DNA of 64,000 nucleotides, taken from Mobula hypostoma (taxonomy: Eukaryota). Where the stretch lies: positions 76,820,001 through 76,884,000 of the forward strand of contig NC_086097.1 in assembly GCF_963921235.1 (NCBI RefSeq). Reading direction: 5' to 3'. Shown here one piece after another: positions 13,580-26,262 of the stretch. The position numbers were made by a program, and so were the translations under genes. The notes under the pieces are model-generated. The model saw nothing but the letters and a program-made list of their open reading frames with translations. It made no database searches and was not told the DNA's origin. Numbering within the stretch: the stretch's first letter is position 1; each line of letters begins with the position of its first letter.

Positions 13580-14203
13580 GTCACTCTCTCTCGCTATCTT
13601 TTTTGTTTACTCTCTATTGCTCACTAACTTTCTTTCTCACTGTCTCTGTCTGTCTTTCTCTCTCACTCTTCCCCTTCCCCCTTCTCCCCCACCCCCTTCA
13701 CCATGCTCCCCCTTCTCCCCCTCCCCCTTCTCCCCTCCCCTTCTCCCCCTCCCCCTCACCCCCTCCCCCTTCTCACCCTCCCCTTCTCCCCGTCTCTCCT
13801 CCCTCTCCTCCCCTTACCCCCCCTTTTCCTCCCCTTCCTCCTCCCTCCCCCTCCTCTTCCCCTCCCCCTAACCCCCTCTCCCCCTCCTCCCTCTCCCCCT
13901 CTCCTCCCCCTCTCCCCCTCCCCCCCTCTCTCTCTCTCCCTCTTATCCTCACCCCGTCCCCCTCCTCTCACCAATCTGTCATCCCCTTGCCCTCCCCTCC
14001 TCACCCTGCCCACCTTTCCCTCTCTTTCAACTTCCTTCCTCTCCCTCTCTCCCTCTCTCCCTCTCTCCCTCTCTCCCTCTCTCCCTCTCTCCCTCTCTCC
14101 CTCTCTCCCTCTCTCCCTCTCTCCCTCTCTCCCTCTCTCCCTCTCTCCCTCTCTCCCTCTCTCCCTCTCTCCCTCTCTCCCTCTCCCCCCTCTCTCCCCT
14201 CTC
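13580..14203. repeat. About 620-nt polypyrimidine tract ending in a (CTCTCTCC)n 8-mer microsatellite (about 14040-14190)
   Basis: Almost pure C/T on the + strand; gives spurious Pro/Ser/Leu ORFs. Confidence 0.95.
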
Positions 14204-14539
14204 AGGCAATTCTCATGATTTTAACACGTGAACATAATAGGTTTATGAAACTGAACTGACAGGCTATATATACCCTTGGATTTTAACCAGCCTTCCATCT
14301 GTTTGTCATTTTTAATGTAGCAGGCTTCGTTTGGAAGGCCACTTGTAAGTCAGTGTGTTACAGTAGACGTTTCAAAGTCTACAGGTATTTTATTTAGTGT
14401 TCAATGAAGTATCTCTATCAGTTTCACAACAAAAAAGGCAAAATTGGCACAATGTATGGATTAATGGCCTGTTCCTGAAACACTGTGGGCTATCAGGTGA
14501 AGTACGAGTATTTGTTGCCTCTACAGGTTAACAACAACC

Positions 14540-17500
14540 AATCAATTGTTCTTTTAAAGACCTCAGATACTGTTGAGGGAGACAACCTACCCGGGGCGAG
14601 CCACAGGCACTGAGTCTGGTGATGTAGCTCAGAAGAGCAGAGAGGTGAAGAGGACTGTGCAGTGTTGATAGGAGATTCCCTAGTCAGAGGAACAGAAACA
14701 GGGTTCTGTGGGCACGATGGAGACACCCAGATGGCATGTTGCCTCCTGGGTGCCAGAATTGGTTGCATGACATTCTCAAGGGCAGTGATGAGCAGCCATA
14801 AGTCTTGGAACATATTGGCACCAGTGATATAGGTAGACAAGGTGAGGAGGTCCTGAAGAGAGATTGTAGGGAACTAGGTAGAAAGCTGAGAACAGGACCT
14901 CCAGTGTAGTGATCTCTGGATTACTGCCTGTGCAATGTGCCAGTGAGAGTAAGAGTTGGATGATTTGGGAGTTAAATGTGTGAATGAGGAATTGGTGCAG
15001 GTGGCAGGTGTTCAGAATAATGGACCACTGGGATCTCTTATGGGGAAGGTATGATCTGTACAAGAGGGACTGGACCTGAGGGGGCCCAATATACTTGCAG
15101 GCAAGTCAGGCGGGGGGTGGGGGGTGGGAACCAGAGTGACAGTGTTAAAGATGAAGCAGTAGGTTTACAAGAGGCAATGTGTAGTAAGAAGAGGCTATCG
15201 ATAGGACAATTTGCAGTCAATACGATGAGTTGGAACGTAAAAGGCAGACAAAATCGAAAAAGGTGAAAACGGACTGAAGATGTTATATTTGAATGTGTGC
15301 AGTGTACAGAATAAGGTAGATGAACTTGTAGTGCATTTGAAGATTGACATGTATGATGTCATAGGCATTGCTGCATCATGGCTGAAAGATGCCTATAAGG
15401 AGTTTAATGTCCAAGGACACACATTGTATCAAAAGGACAGGGAGGAAGGCAGAGGGTATGGTGTTGCTCTGTTGGGAAAAAAATGAAATCAAATCATTAA
15501 AAAGAGGTTGAAGGACCCAGGCTGTAAAAATAGGGGACAAGCTCTCCTCTACAATCACTCTGAGCACCGGTGCCCCACAAGGCTGTGTACTCAGCCCCCT
15601 GCTGTACTCACTGTACACCCATGATTGTGTAGCCAAGTTTCCATCAAACTCAATATATAAGTCTGCTGATGACACAACAATTGTAGGCCGTATCTTGGAT
15701 AATGATGAGTTTGAGTACAGAGAGGAAATTAAGAACCTGGTGGCATGGTGCGAAGACAATAACCTATCCCTCAACGTCAGCAAGACGAAGGAATTGGTTG
15801 TTGATTTCAGAAGGAGTAGCGGACCACATGACCCAATTTACATCAGTGGTGCACAATTGGAACAGGTCAAAAGCTTTAAGTTCCTCGGGGTCAATATCAC
15901 AAATGACCTGACTTGGTCCAACCAAGCAGAGTTCACTGCCAAGAAGGCCCACCAGCACCTTTACTTCCTGAGAAAACTAAAGAAATTTGGCTTGTCCCCT
16001 AAAGCCCTCACTAATTTTTATAGATGCACCATAGAAAGCATTCTTTTAGGGTGCATCACAACCTGGTATGGAAGTTGTCCTGTCCAAGACCTAAAGAAGC
16101 TGCAGAAGATCGTGAACACGGCGCAGCACATCACACAAACCAATCTTCCGTCCGTGGACTCACTTTATACCACACGCTGTCGGAGCAGTGCTGCCAGGAT
16201 AATCAAGGACACGACCCACCCAACCAACAGACTTTTCGTCCCTCTTCCCTCTGGGAGAAGGTTCAGGAGCTTGAAGACTCGTACGGCCAGATTTGGGAAC
16301 AGCTTCTTTCCAACTGTGGTAAGACTGCTGAACGGATCCTGACCCGGATCTGGGCCGTACCCTCCAAATATCTGGACCTGCCTCTCGGTTTTTTTGCAGT
16401 CCCCTACTTCCCATTTTTCTATTTTCTAATTATGATTTATAATTTATATTTTTAATATTTACTAATTTTAACTATTTTTAATATTTTTAATATTTATTAT
16501 TTGTAATCCAGGCAGTGTGAAGCACAGAATCAAATATCGCTGTGATGATTGTACGTTCTAGTACCAATTGTTTGGTGACAATAAAGTATAAAGTATAAGT
16601 AAATAGGGTTGGAAGATGTTGAATTGTTGTGGATAGAGCTAAGGAACTGCAAGAGTGAAAAAACTTTGAATGGAGTTACGTACAGACCCCCAAATAGTAG
16701 TAAGGATGTGGTCTACAAATTACAAAGGAAGATAGAAAATACATGCCAAAAGAGCAATGTTATAATATTCATGGGGGATTTCAATATGCAGGCAGATTTG
16801 GAAAATGAGGTTGATGCTGGATTCCAAGAGGGGGAGTTTCTAGAATGCCTACGAGATAGCTTCTTAGAGCAGCTCATGGTTGAGCCCACTAGGGGATCAG
16901 CTTTTCTGGATTGAGTGTTATGTAATGAACTGTAATTGATCAGAGAGCTTAAGGTGAAAGAACCCTAAAGGGAAAGTGATCATAATATGATCAAATGCAC
17001 CCTAAAATTTGTGAAAGAGAAGCTAATATCAGTTGTATCAATATTACAGTAGAGAAAAGGGAATTACAGAGGCATGAGAGAGGAGTTGACCAGAATTGAT
17101 TGGAAAAGAACACTGGCAGGGATGTCGGCAGAGCAGCAGTGTCTGGAGTTTCTGGAAACAATTCAGAAGGCACGGGATATATACATCTCAAAGAAGCATT
17201 CTAAAAGCAAGATGACACAACCATGGCAAACAAGTATAATCGAGCAAGATACTGTGAAATACACAAAAAAATGCTAAAAAATAACCTAAATCCTGTGAAC
17301 TGAGAAAAATAGAATGAGGAGCAAGGACTTAGGCAGATTAGGAGAATGGGCAAAGAAATGGCAGATGGAATACAGTGCTGGGAAGTATATGGTCATGCAC
17401 TTTGGTAGGAGAAATGAAAGGGTTGAATATTTTCCAAATGAAGGGAAAATACAAAAAATCTGAGGCACAAGCAGACTTGGGAGTTCTTGTGCAAAATTCT

Positions 17501-18170
17501 GTAAAGGTTAATTTGCAGGTTGAGTTTGTAGTGAGGAAGGCAAATGTGACATTAGCATTCATTGTGAGAAGAATAGAATATAAAAGCAAGGATGTAACGT
17601 TGAGACTTTATAAAACACGGCTGAGGCCTCACTTGGAGAGTTGTGAGCAGTTTTGGTCCCCTTTATCTTGGAAAAAATGTGCTGAAACAGGAGAAGGAGG
17701 TTCACAAAAATAATTCCAGCATTGAATGGCTTGTTATATGAAGAGCATTTGATAGCTCTGAGCTTGTATTCACTAGAATTCAGAAGAATAAGGGGTGACT
17801 TATTCTTATTGAAGCTTATCAAATGGCGAAAGGCCTTGATAGAGTAGACGTGGAGGGGATGTTTCCTTTGGTAAGAGAACCTAAGACCAGAGATACAGCC
17901 TCAGAATAGATGGGCGTCCTTTTAGAGCAGAGATGAGGAAGATTTTCTTTAGCCAGAGAGTGGAGATTCTGTGGAATTTGTTGCCAAAGGGAGCTGTGGA
18001 GGCCAAGTCTGAATGTATATTTAATTCAGAGGCTGAGGATTCTTCATTGGTCGGGGGATGAAGTGATACAGAGGGAAGGCAGGAAATTGGGACTGAGTGG
18101 AAAAATGGATCAGCCACGATGAAATGGTGGAGCAGACTCGATGGGCCAAATGGTCTAATTCTGCTCATCT
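14540..18170 (+). mobile_element. Degenerate, internally deleted CR1 LINE (ORF1 esterase relic, endonuclease, RT C-terminus, 3' tail), interrupted by a Rex1-like copy
   Basis: IGDSLVRG (GDSL/SGNH-like) near 14665; YLN..S..NK..EL (15280); GV.YRPPN and GDFN (16609); RPHLE (17625). Confidence 0.85.
15510..16600 (+). mobile_element. Rex1/Babar-clade LINE, 5'-truncated, young
   Basis: Frame open 15512-16342: GAPQGCVLSPLLYSLYTHDC, YKSADD, LNVSKTKELVVDFR, KKAHQHLYFLRKL; (AAAGTAT)n tail. Confidence 0.9.
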
Positions 18171-18522
18171 TATTTACTTACTGTGCACGGATTCCCTTTG
18201 CCACTTAGTAAAAATGACATATATGCCCTACTTAAATAAGACTAAATGTGTATAACATATGAACTTAATGCACCTGTTTATGGAGTGAACTCAGTTGCAA
18301 ATATTCTTTCCAAGGAACCATACAAAATTTGGCAGTGCTATTGGAAACGACAAAAACTTGGTGCACAAAGATCAATCGCCCCTGATGGTTCTTTATAAGA
18401 TTATGAGAAGCATAGATAGAGCAGACAGATAGGATCTTTTATCCCCAGAGTTGAAATGTCTAATACCAAAGAGCATGCATTTAAGGTGAGACGAGGTAAG
18501 TTCAAGTGAAATATGAGTGTAG

Positions 18523-19500
18523 TTATCCCCTTTCATTCAAGAACCTGATGGGTGACAGGTGGTAACTCTTCTTGAACCTGGTTGTACAAGTCCTGAGGCA
18601 CTTGTACCTTCTACCTGATGGCAGCAGTGAGCAAAGAGCCTGGCCTGGGTGGTGAGGATATTTGAAGATGGATGCTGCTTTCTCATAGCAATGTTTCATG
18701 TAGAAGTGCTCAATGGTAGGGAGAGTTTTACCTGTGATGTAGTGGGTCGAATCCACTACCTTTTGTAGGATTTTCTGCTCAAAGCCATTGATGTTTCCAT
18801 ACCAGGCCATAATGTAGCCAGTCAGCACACTTTCCACCACACATGCCAAAGTCTTTGTTGACATGCTGAATCTCCGCAGACTCCTGAGGAAATAAAGGTG
18901 CTATCATGCTTTCTCCGCAGTTATACTTATATGTGTCTGAGAGAGGTTATATTTATAGGTTTCTGAGAATATGACACCCAGAGATTTAAAGTTACTGACC
19001 AACTCCACCTCTGATCCTCTGATGAGTATTGGCTCATGCACCTCTGGTTTCCCTCTCCTGGTCTACAATCAGTTCCTTGGCATTATTGACAATGAGTGAG
19101 AAGTTGTTGTTATTACACCACTCAGCCAAATTTTCAATCTCCCTCCTGTATGCTGATTCATCACCACCTTTGATACGGCCCACAATAATAATGCCATCAG
19201 CAACCTTGTATTTGGTGTTGGAGCTGTACTTAGCCACACTGTCATAGATATAAAGCAATTAGAGCAGGAGGCTGAGCACACATCCCTGTAGTGCTCCTGT
19301 GTTGATGGAGGTTGTGGAGGAGATATTTTTTGCCAATCTGAAATGACTGGGGTCTGCAGGTGAGGAAATCCAGGATCTAATTGCACAAGGAGGTATCGAG
19401 TCCTAGCTCTTCAAGTTTACTGACTAGTTTAGAGGAGATGATGGTATTAAAAGCTGAGCTATAATTGATAAACAGCATCCTGATGTATGTATTTTTGCTG
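18523..19500 (-). mobile_element. Rex1/Babar-like LINE fragment
   Basis: ORFs 19034..19258 (YKVADG, AYRREIENLAEWC) and 18523..18864 (LLPSGRRY). Confidence 0.85.
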
Positions 19501-20050
19501 TGCAGATTTTTGAAACATATTTTGTAATACTTAAGAAAATAGGCTAATCAAGATCTAGATAAAATGGAATGTGAAATACATGTGCAAATTAGCTTTGTTC
19601 TAAATTTCCCCTTTTTGGCTCCTCAATCGGTTCTGAAGACTTATACAGATAGGGTCATAATACAGTGTATGGCCCCTTTGGCTCTTGAAGTCCATGTCAA
19701 ACATAAAGCACTCAGTTATAGAAATTCCATTTTATTCTCCCCACTTTTCTTTCCATCAACTCCGCCAATTCTACTGATCATCAACATGTCAAGGGCAATT
19801 TTCTGTAGCCAATTAACCTAACCAACTGCACTTCTGTGGCATGTAGAAGGAAATCAGAGATTTCACGTGGCCACGTGGTCACAGAGAGGACATGCATACT
19901 TTATACAGACAGATGAAGCCCAGGTCACTGGAGCTGTGAGGAACTAGTTACTCCCCATTGTCATAACACCATTGATCACAACTGACATTTTATCAATGCC
20001 AGTGATCATGAACTGAATGCCAGCATTCTGACAATATGCTTTATCTTTAG

Positions 20051-20188
20051 GTATTCCATTTGAAGAAGAAGATGATGAAGAAAAAGATGGATCTATGATG
20101 GGAAAGTTACTTTATTTAGTGCATAAAATCAAAGGGAAGCCAAAGAAAGTGGAAGAGCCACCACGTGAAGAAGAAGTGGAAGAACCTG
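20051..20188 (+). CDS. RYR3: RyR exon D (138 nt): (G)IPFEEEDDEEKDGSMMGKLLYLVHKIKGKPKK...EEP
   Basis: tctttag acceptor, G|gtgagt donor, phase 1/1. Confidence 0.92.
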
Positions 20189-20354
20189 GTGAGTGCTAAG
20201 ATGTAGATGGAAATACTGCAAGCTTTCAATCTGGACTCTTCTGAAGATGAGTATCAGCTTCTTCGCATTGTTAGACCTTTTGGACCAGTAATTGCTAAAA
20301 GATACATACTGCCTGTGGTCATGCCTGAATGAAATACAGTACAGATTTGTAGAT

Positions 20355-21660
20355 GGTACTGTGGTACAGCTGCCTCACAGCACCACAAACCTATGTTTAG
20401 GACTGACCACTGGACTGGTAGTCATGGAGCACAATCTCACACAAATAGCCACTTCGGCCCACCTAGTCTATGCCAACCTGTTATTCTCCCTTGTCCCATT
20501 GGCCTGAACGTGGACCATAGCCCTCCATACCCCTCCCTTCCATGTACGCATCCAAAACTCCTCTTGAATGTTGAAATAAAACCCACATCCACCACTTCCT
20601 TTGGCAGCTTGCTCCATGCTCGCACTACACTCTCAGTGAAGAAGATCCCCCTCAGTTTCCTCTTAAATATTTCACATTTCACCCTTAAACTTTGACCTTT
20701 AGCTCTAACTTCACCCAATTTCAGTAGAAAAAGCCCGCTTGCATTAACCCTGTCTATACCCTTAATAATTTGTATACTTCTTTCAAATTACCCCTCATTC
20801 TCTGATGCTTCATTGAATGAAGTCACAACCGTTCATCCTGCCTGTATAACTCAGATCTCAAGTCCCAGTAACATCTCTGTAAATTTACTCTGTACTTTCC
20901 AATCTTACTGATATCTTTCCTGTAGGTAGGTTACCAGAACTACATACAATACCCCATGTTCGGCCTCACCATATATCATACAACTTCAACATAGCATCTC
21001 AATATCTGTATCAATGCTTTGATTTACAAAGGCCAATGTGCCAAAAACTCTCTTTATCACCCTGTCTACCTATGTTGCCACATTCAAGGAATTATGGATC
21101 TGTTTTCCCAGATCCCTTTGTTCTCCTCAGAGCCCTATCATTTACTATTTAAGTCCTTCGCAGGTTTGTCCTCCCAATGAGGAACACCTCACACTTGCCT
21201 GCATTAAATTCCATCTGTCATTTCTCAGCTCATTTTTCCAGCTGATCCAGGTCACTCTGCAAGCTTTGATAGCCTTCTCTGCTGTCTTGTGAGCTGGCAA
21301 CCTTGGTGTCAACTGCAGCTGCAAATTTGCACTCTATGTGCAGACTGCATATTCTCCCAGTGTCTGCTCAGTTTTCTTCCGGGTGCGCTGGTTTTTACCC
21401 ATGTCCTATAAACGTGTGTTGGTAGGTTATAGACAGAAGAGATTCTGATGATGCTGGAAATCTCGAGCAACTACTGAAAACTTGAGCACTGTAATTGTCC
21501 CGAGTCTGTGAGGGGAATGGTAGAATTGTTCATAAGAATCCAGGGAAAATAAAAAAAAACCAAAGAAATGAATGTAGGAGCTGTGTAAATGGGTGGTTGA
21601 TGATTATTGCAGGTTAATTGGGCTGAAGGGGCTACTTCTGTGTTGTGGCACTCTATTTTG
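20355..21660 (+). mobile_element. V-type SINE relic interrupted by a minus-strand CR1 3' fragment (about 20420-21320)
   Basis: SINE head at 20355-20420 and core TTCTCCCAGTGTCTGC..TTTTCTTCCGGGTG at about 21350; CR1 peptide FFTESVVRAWSKLP in ORF 20437..20718. Confidence 0.65.
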
Positions 21661-22169
21661 CAGATCCTCTGACATGATCTTACTGCTAACAGACCATGGG
21701 TTATATAATGCTATCATGGGGATGACTAAGAAAATGCGAAAACAGGAACGGCCAGACACCAAGCTTTACAAATTAAGAAAAATAAGAATTAATTAAAATT
21801 ACAAAAATTCTGTAGTATTTGAAAAAAGATTTTAAATCACTTTAAGTTCTGCTAAAACTAGTTCGAATAACACAAAAAATTGCAGTCATATATGTCTACC
21901 TTTGCAGTTATTCCTCCCCATTCAAGTGAATAGACCACGATTGTTGGAGACTCCAAACAGGTGGAAGTTGAGGAGGCAGATTCCCTTGCTTGACTGTTGG
22001 GCAAGACAACAATTCTGCGCTCTGCCACTTGTCTTCCTAACGGCACCTCAATGATATCGTCAAGCATACTTAAGTATTTCTACATCCACATTCTCATGAG
22101 GGACAGGATGATGCCAGTACTGTGCATTTACAACAAATTCTGTCTTTTCTTCAAGCACTCAAATAAGTA

Positions 22170-23005
22170 CAGGTCCACAATCCCTTATCCGAAATCCTTG
22201 GGGCCAGTTGCATTTCGGAATTCAGAATCTTTTTGGATTTCAGAACCCCCCCCCCCCCCGATACCAAAAAACGCGTATGCTCAAGTCCCTTATTTAACCT
22301 GTTTCTGTGTGGTGGACTTCAGGACCCAGCGGCACACCAAATCTACGCACATCCTTCCGTATACTTTAAATCATCTCTATACTTATAATACCTAATACAA
22401 TGTAAATACTATGTAAGTAATTGTTATACTGTATTGTTTAGGGAATAATGACTAGAAGAAATTTTATTTCCAACAAAAAGATTCAATAAAACATAAAAAT
22501 ATACAGCTTCAAACGAACCGAATCAACCACATGGTAAATGACTTATTGGAATAAATGTAGAACGTCACTGTCACTGTCACTATAAAACTTCAGTAACTTG
22601 TCTTTCTGATTATTTAAATCATATACAGTGGCAGTTCTGACACTATTTTCTTCAGTAAGATGCCGCACAGACACACCACAATCAAGGTTCTGCAATAACT
22701 CCACTTTCTGCGTTATTGGTAGAGAAGATTCCTTCTCTTTTTCTCATTGTTACCAATAGGGGTATCTGCAGCTCTTTTTGACATTTTCACAGTGAAATTA
22801 AACACAAGGTCAACAGTGAACACAAAATATCAGCAAACAGCAAATGCACGTGTAACCAGTATGAGCGCTGAGCCACAACTGACGTGTGGCGGCCTCCGCT
22901 AGTGCTGCCACGTCACACCTGAGTGACATCAGCTGCTGGCGAAAAAAACTTCGGTTTTCAGAGCTTTTTGGATTTCAGAATTTCGGATAAAGGAATGTGC
23001 AGCTG
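22170..23005 (-). mobile_element. Non-autonomous Tigger/pogo DNA transposon with N-terminal transposase relic
   Basis: 26-bp imperfect TIRs (CAGGTCCACAATCCCTTATCCGAAAT / CAGCTGCACATTCCTTTATCCGAAAT) with TA on both sides; minus strand from 22784 reads MSKRAADTPIGNNEKKR (frameshift) ITQKVELLQNLDCGVSVRHLTEE..VYDL..QKDKLLKFY. Confidence 0.9.
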
Positions 23006-24204
23006 TATTTAAGTTTGTTCCCAGCCTAGCAATCTAAACCAATTATTTCACAATCCTGATTTCCAAATAGTTAGAAGCATGCTAAAATTTCTGCATATAG
23101 TAAATAAATAATAATGCTTATTGCATATGCAAGAAAAGGTGATTTCTCCCCTTTACCAGCAAAGCACTTTCCTTGAAGCAAGATATTTTTCGTTATATTA
23201 CTTTGAATAATGATGAAGTCCCTGTATGAGGTAAGATTGGGGAAGTACTGTCATCTGCAGTTCCAGGTGTTTTGCTTCAGTAACTCCAGTGCGTTCTATT
23301 CTGAGATGGTTACAATCATTTACTGTTTACACCAAACATTAACCCCTCTGCACAATGGGATGTAATAGACCCCTTGAGACTGTATTTACTGCTGACACTT
23401 CAGGCAGTTGTGCTGATTAATTTTGCGGCTGAATCTTAAGCGATAGAGCTTTTAATTTTCTGCAAGGGTAGAGGAATATTTGTAGGGTCAACAGGTTGAT
23501 AAGCAGGGACCTCTCCAGCCCATAGCAGCATATCATTACTAATGATTGGCTTCCTTGGTCCAATTCACCCAAGAGAAATTGCTGTAATTTCCCTAAGTAT
23601 TGAAGAAGAGGCTGTCTGAATCAATGAAGGCATTGCCTATTTGTAACACGAGCTTATGACCTGTCTTATAGCTTTCATTTTTCTTTGGAAATATTCATAT
23701 ATAACATAAGAATATCTGTTTCTTCATTGGAGCAATCCAAATTAACTGGGCATAATCATAAAAGTGGATTAGGTCATTTGAGGATCACTTATTTTTACAT
23801 GAAAGGTGGCTACTTGTTTACAATATAAAGACAATGGCTACCACATATTAACATCTCCAGATATATGCAAAGATAGATGAAGAGCTGCTGCACTGATCTG
23901 TCATAACTTGATAGTCAGGCTTCAGAAAAAAAGATAACTTTTATTATCTGCATTTATGACAATAAATCATTGAGAGAGAACACCACGAATTTCAGGAGTG
24001 ACTGAGCAGATGTTAAAACTAAAAACCTCCATTTTGTCATTGATTTAAAAGGGATCATGAATCCCCATCCATACTAATAATCACATTAATATTACAGTTT
24101 ACATTTATACTAATTCTAGTTGGTTGATTTTGAATGTCTTAAATGCATCTGAAGTTATAGGTAACTTTTTTGGCAAAGGGGGATGCTTCAGTTTTATAAC
24201 TGAA

Positions 24205-24595
24205 TGAATGAAATTTATTTCGGACAGTACAAACAAAAAGCATCATTTTCAACAATGATTTCATAATGATGACTTCATAAGACAAAATTACAACAAAAAA
24301 AACATAGATATTCTTTAAAACAGGCCAAAAGGGTGTAGGCTGAAGCTACAGCTTACTACGCCTACCTCTCTTACTTATACAGCAACATCAATCACCACAT
24401 CAAAACAAAAAAATTCATAATCTTTTAACACAAAATCCAATTCCAAGTATCATTTATTTACATTACTTCCATTCATTTTAAATCATGTATTTTATATTTG
24501 TTCATTAAATTATTTTAAAATAATTTTTTAACTTGTTAAATGTGGTGCATGTTTTTAAATTCTCACTAAAACTGTTCCATGGATTCACCCCCTGA
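24205..24595 (-). mobile_element. LINE (L2/Crack-like) 3' end relic
   Basis: Minus strand reads GVNPWNSFSENLKTCTTFNKLKNYFK, then a stem-loop (GTAGGC..GCCTAC), AATAAA and a (TTCA)n tail. Confidence 0.6.
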
Positions 24596-24794
24596 CTGAA
24601 AATGTTCTCAAATTCTAAACAGTTACAGTTTATCTTTGCTGCATGGAGTAAATTTTAAGTTGCTTTTCATTGGAAGCTCTTCAAAAAGAAAAGCGTGGGA
24701 AAAGATGTTCAGTATAGCAGGTGGACATTCTCTCCTGTTGCGGCATCCTTGATTGCTTACCATTGAATTGTGCTTGGTATAAGATTAAAATATT

Positions 24795-25088
24795 TGGCCT
24801 AAGATAGAAGGAGATGAGTTATTAACTTCAAACTTTCTGCATAATCACTCAAAGAATTGAAGTGCACGTACATGTAACGAGAGATTTATAACTCATCTTC
24901 TACCTTAGGCCACAAACCTATCAGTCACCCCTGTTGTGGACACTTTCTGGAGGTTCAAGATCCGTACGCTCCACGACCATTGGACTAAGTGTGTAAATGT
25001 AGGAGGGGACTATGTTGAAAAATAAATGTGCTAGGTTTTCTAAAATTGACTCCTTCTACCTTAGGCCATGAACTAATCAATCACCCTG
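24795..25088 (+). mobile_element. Mariner-derived MITE
   Basis: TIR core TGGCCTAAG(A/G)TAGAAGGAG; transposase C-terminus WTKCVNVGGDYVEK* at 24981-25025. Confidence 0.8.
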
Positions 25089-25921
25089 TGTGTGTGTGTG
25101 TAACACACACACACTTTGCCCAAATGGTACATGACCACAGCTGTAATAAGTTCAAGGTAAATATAATTGTTGCATATGGTTTTGGATCTGGATACTCACA
25201 AAATATAAAACTACATATGCCTATTCAGTAATTTAGAGCGTATAATTAATTCCAGGGTTGGCTTATCTGATTATATCTCTTCAAGTACATTTGTAAGTCC
25301 CTCTGAAAGTTAAGAGTGGAATTGGATCTGACTGTCACCTGGTAGTTAAGTCAGCGAGTGTACAGTTTGCTCCATTGCTCTCCCGCACACTGAATACAGG
25401 ATCTTCCAAAATAATATACGCTGGCAAAATACATTCAAAGTGTCTTTTAAAAATAGATTGAAGTGTTATCTGATCACCGCACGAACAAGGAAATTACTGT
25501 TTAATGGATTTAAATAACAAGTTGACATATTTTTGCAGCCTTTTCACCTCTGTGTGACCTTTGTTCTGCTGCCAAGATCCTATCCCATTGAAGTCTCAGT
25601 CACTCATCCTCCTACCACACTTTCAGGTCGCACCTCTTGTGTATCTACTCTTCAGATTCACACATCTCAATCTGTAATAGCAGTTTCCACCATCAAACGA
25701 TACATTTCTTCCCCTAATCCCTCCAATTATTTCTACCTCTTTTTATCTTTGCATAAAATCTCTTGCATTGTACAGCCGAAACATTGATCACTCCTTAAAT
25801 AATAAATTTATTTTATTCTTGTCAAATTATCCACTATTTTTATGTAGCGTCAAGAATATCAATTTAATTAAGTAACTCACAAAGTGTGAATGATTTGTAT
25901 TCTGAACCTTCTCTGTTTCAG

Positions 25922-26195
25922 CCAACCTGTCGCAACTAATCTTACGGACTATTACTCATTGGTCGCAAGAATCGTACATTCAGGATGCAGAACTGATTAA
26001 AACTATGTTTAGCCTTTTGCGCCGGCAATATGATGCAACTGGTGAGCTCCTGCAAGCGATGCGGAAAGCATACACCATCAGTGCTGCCTCCATACAGGAA
26101 ACGGTCACTCTACTTGTTTCCCTTGGACAGATTCGATCACTCCTTAGTGTTAGAATGGGAAAGCAGGAAGAAACACTAATGATTCGCGGATTAGG
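25922..26195 (+). CDS. RYR3: RyR exon E (274 nt): (A)NLSQLILRTITHWSQE...LLRRQYD...MIRGL(G)
   Basis: tgtttcag acceptor, GG|gtatg donor; includes ORF 26005. Confidence 0.95.
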
Positions 26196-26262
26196 GTATG
26201 GACCAGTAAGACCTTTTTAAAATGTCTCTGTTGTTTTGCTGCTTTCAGCAGGAAATATTTTG

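Noticed and set aside
13578..14259. Pro/Ser/Leu-rich and GER-repeat ORFs
   Set aside because: Artefacts of the low-complexity C/T tract
25087..25114. (TG)n-A-(AC)n hairpin
   Set aside because: Simple microsatellite at a MITE end; no evidence of function
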